DNA of 64,000 nt from NCBI RefSeq assembly GCF_021869535.1, contig NW_026262626.1, positions 35,402,001-35,466,000 on the forward strand. The letters are read 5' to 3'. The position numbers and the translations under genes were made by a program. The notes under the pieces are model-generated. The model was not told the DNA's origin. It saw only the letters and a program-made list of their open reading frames with translations, and made no database searches. Below, piece after piece: positions 63,564 to 64,000 of this stretch; position 1 is the stretch's first letter; every line of letters begins with the position of its first letter. Source of the DNA: Mytilus californianus (taxonomy: Eukaryota).

Positions 63564-64000
63564 TTTTTATGCCCCCGCCGTAGCAGAAGGGGCATTAAGT
63601 TTTACCCTTGTCCGTCTGTAAGTCCGTCCGTATGTCCCAAAATTGGTTTCCGTTCTCTAACTTTAGTTTGCCTCAACCAAATGATATAAAACTTATACAC
63701 AATGCCTATTACCACAAAACACAGATCAAGTACTAATTTTGGCGGCGTCACTTTTACTGTTCTAGAGTTATGCCCCTTTACAAATGGAAAAATTGCTGAA
63801 ATATTCGTTTCTGTTCTCTAACTTTAGTTTGCCTCAACCAATGTTATGAAAATTATGCACAATGCGAATTACCATAAAACACAGAACAAGTTTGAATTTT
63901 GGTGGCGTCACTTTTACTGTTCTAGAGTTATGCCCTTTACAAATGGAAAAATTGCTGAATTTTTCGTTTCCGTTCTCTGACTTAAGTTTGCCTCAATTAA
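63564..64000 (-). mobile_element. HINE-like element family B with ~155-bp subunits, running off the window end
   Basis: tttttatgcccccgccgtagcagaaggggcat; repeated ttccgttctctaactttagtttgcctcaacc; related copies at 27710-28100 and 18890-19110 in the opposite orientation. Confidence 0.7.

Noticed and set aside
52068-64000. Parkin (PRKN) as the expected divergent partner of PACRG
   Set aside because: I found no ubiquitin-like or RING/IBR coding exons; the plus-strand exons join in phase to a uS15m-like peptide.

Overview
AT-rich, intron-containing eukaryotic genomic DNA. The repeat families resemble those of a bivalve, most likely a Mytilus mussel (inference). There are three protein-coding genes, reconstructed by hand with consistent splice phases. 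(1) A complete 8-coding-exon cathepsin L on the minus strand (18112-26661, 365 aa), with a probable extra 3'UTR intron that starts on the base right after the stop codon. (2) A complete 5-exon PACRG on the minus strand (47876-51815, 252 aa). (3) The first three exons of mitochondrial ribosomal protein MRPS15 on the plus strand (from 52068), head-to-head with PACRG with about 250 bp between the ATGs. The most striking observation is that the 49-nt third coding exon of MRPS15, together with its splice acceptor, has been amplified into a 78-bp minisatellite of about 30 copies (60579-63510). The array includes frame-symmetric 51-nt variants, stop-carrying variants and a foldback-element insertion; only the last copy keeps the canonical GTAAGT donor. 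The rest of the window is repeat-rich: a 4.4-kb 33-35-bp minisatellite with higher-order structure, a 5'-truncated Penelope-like (probably Naiad-type) retroelement, tRNA-derived SINEs, many Helentron/HINE-like elements with internal ~160-bp arrays, several MITEs and short VNTRs. I found no CRISPR array, rRNA gene or true tRNA gene.
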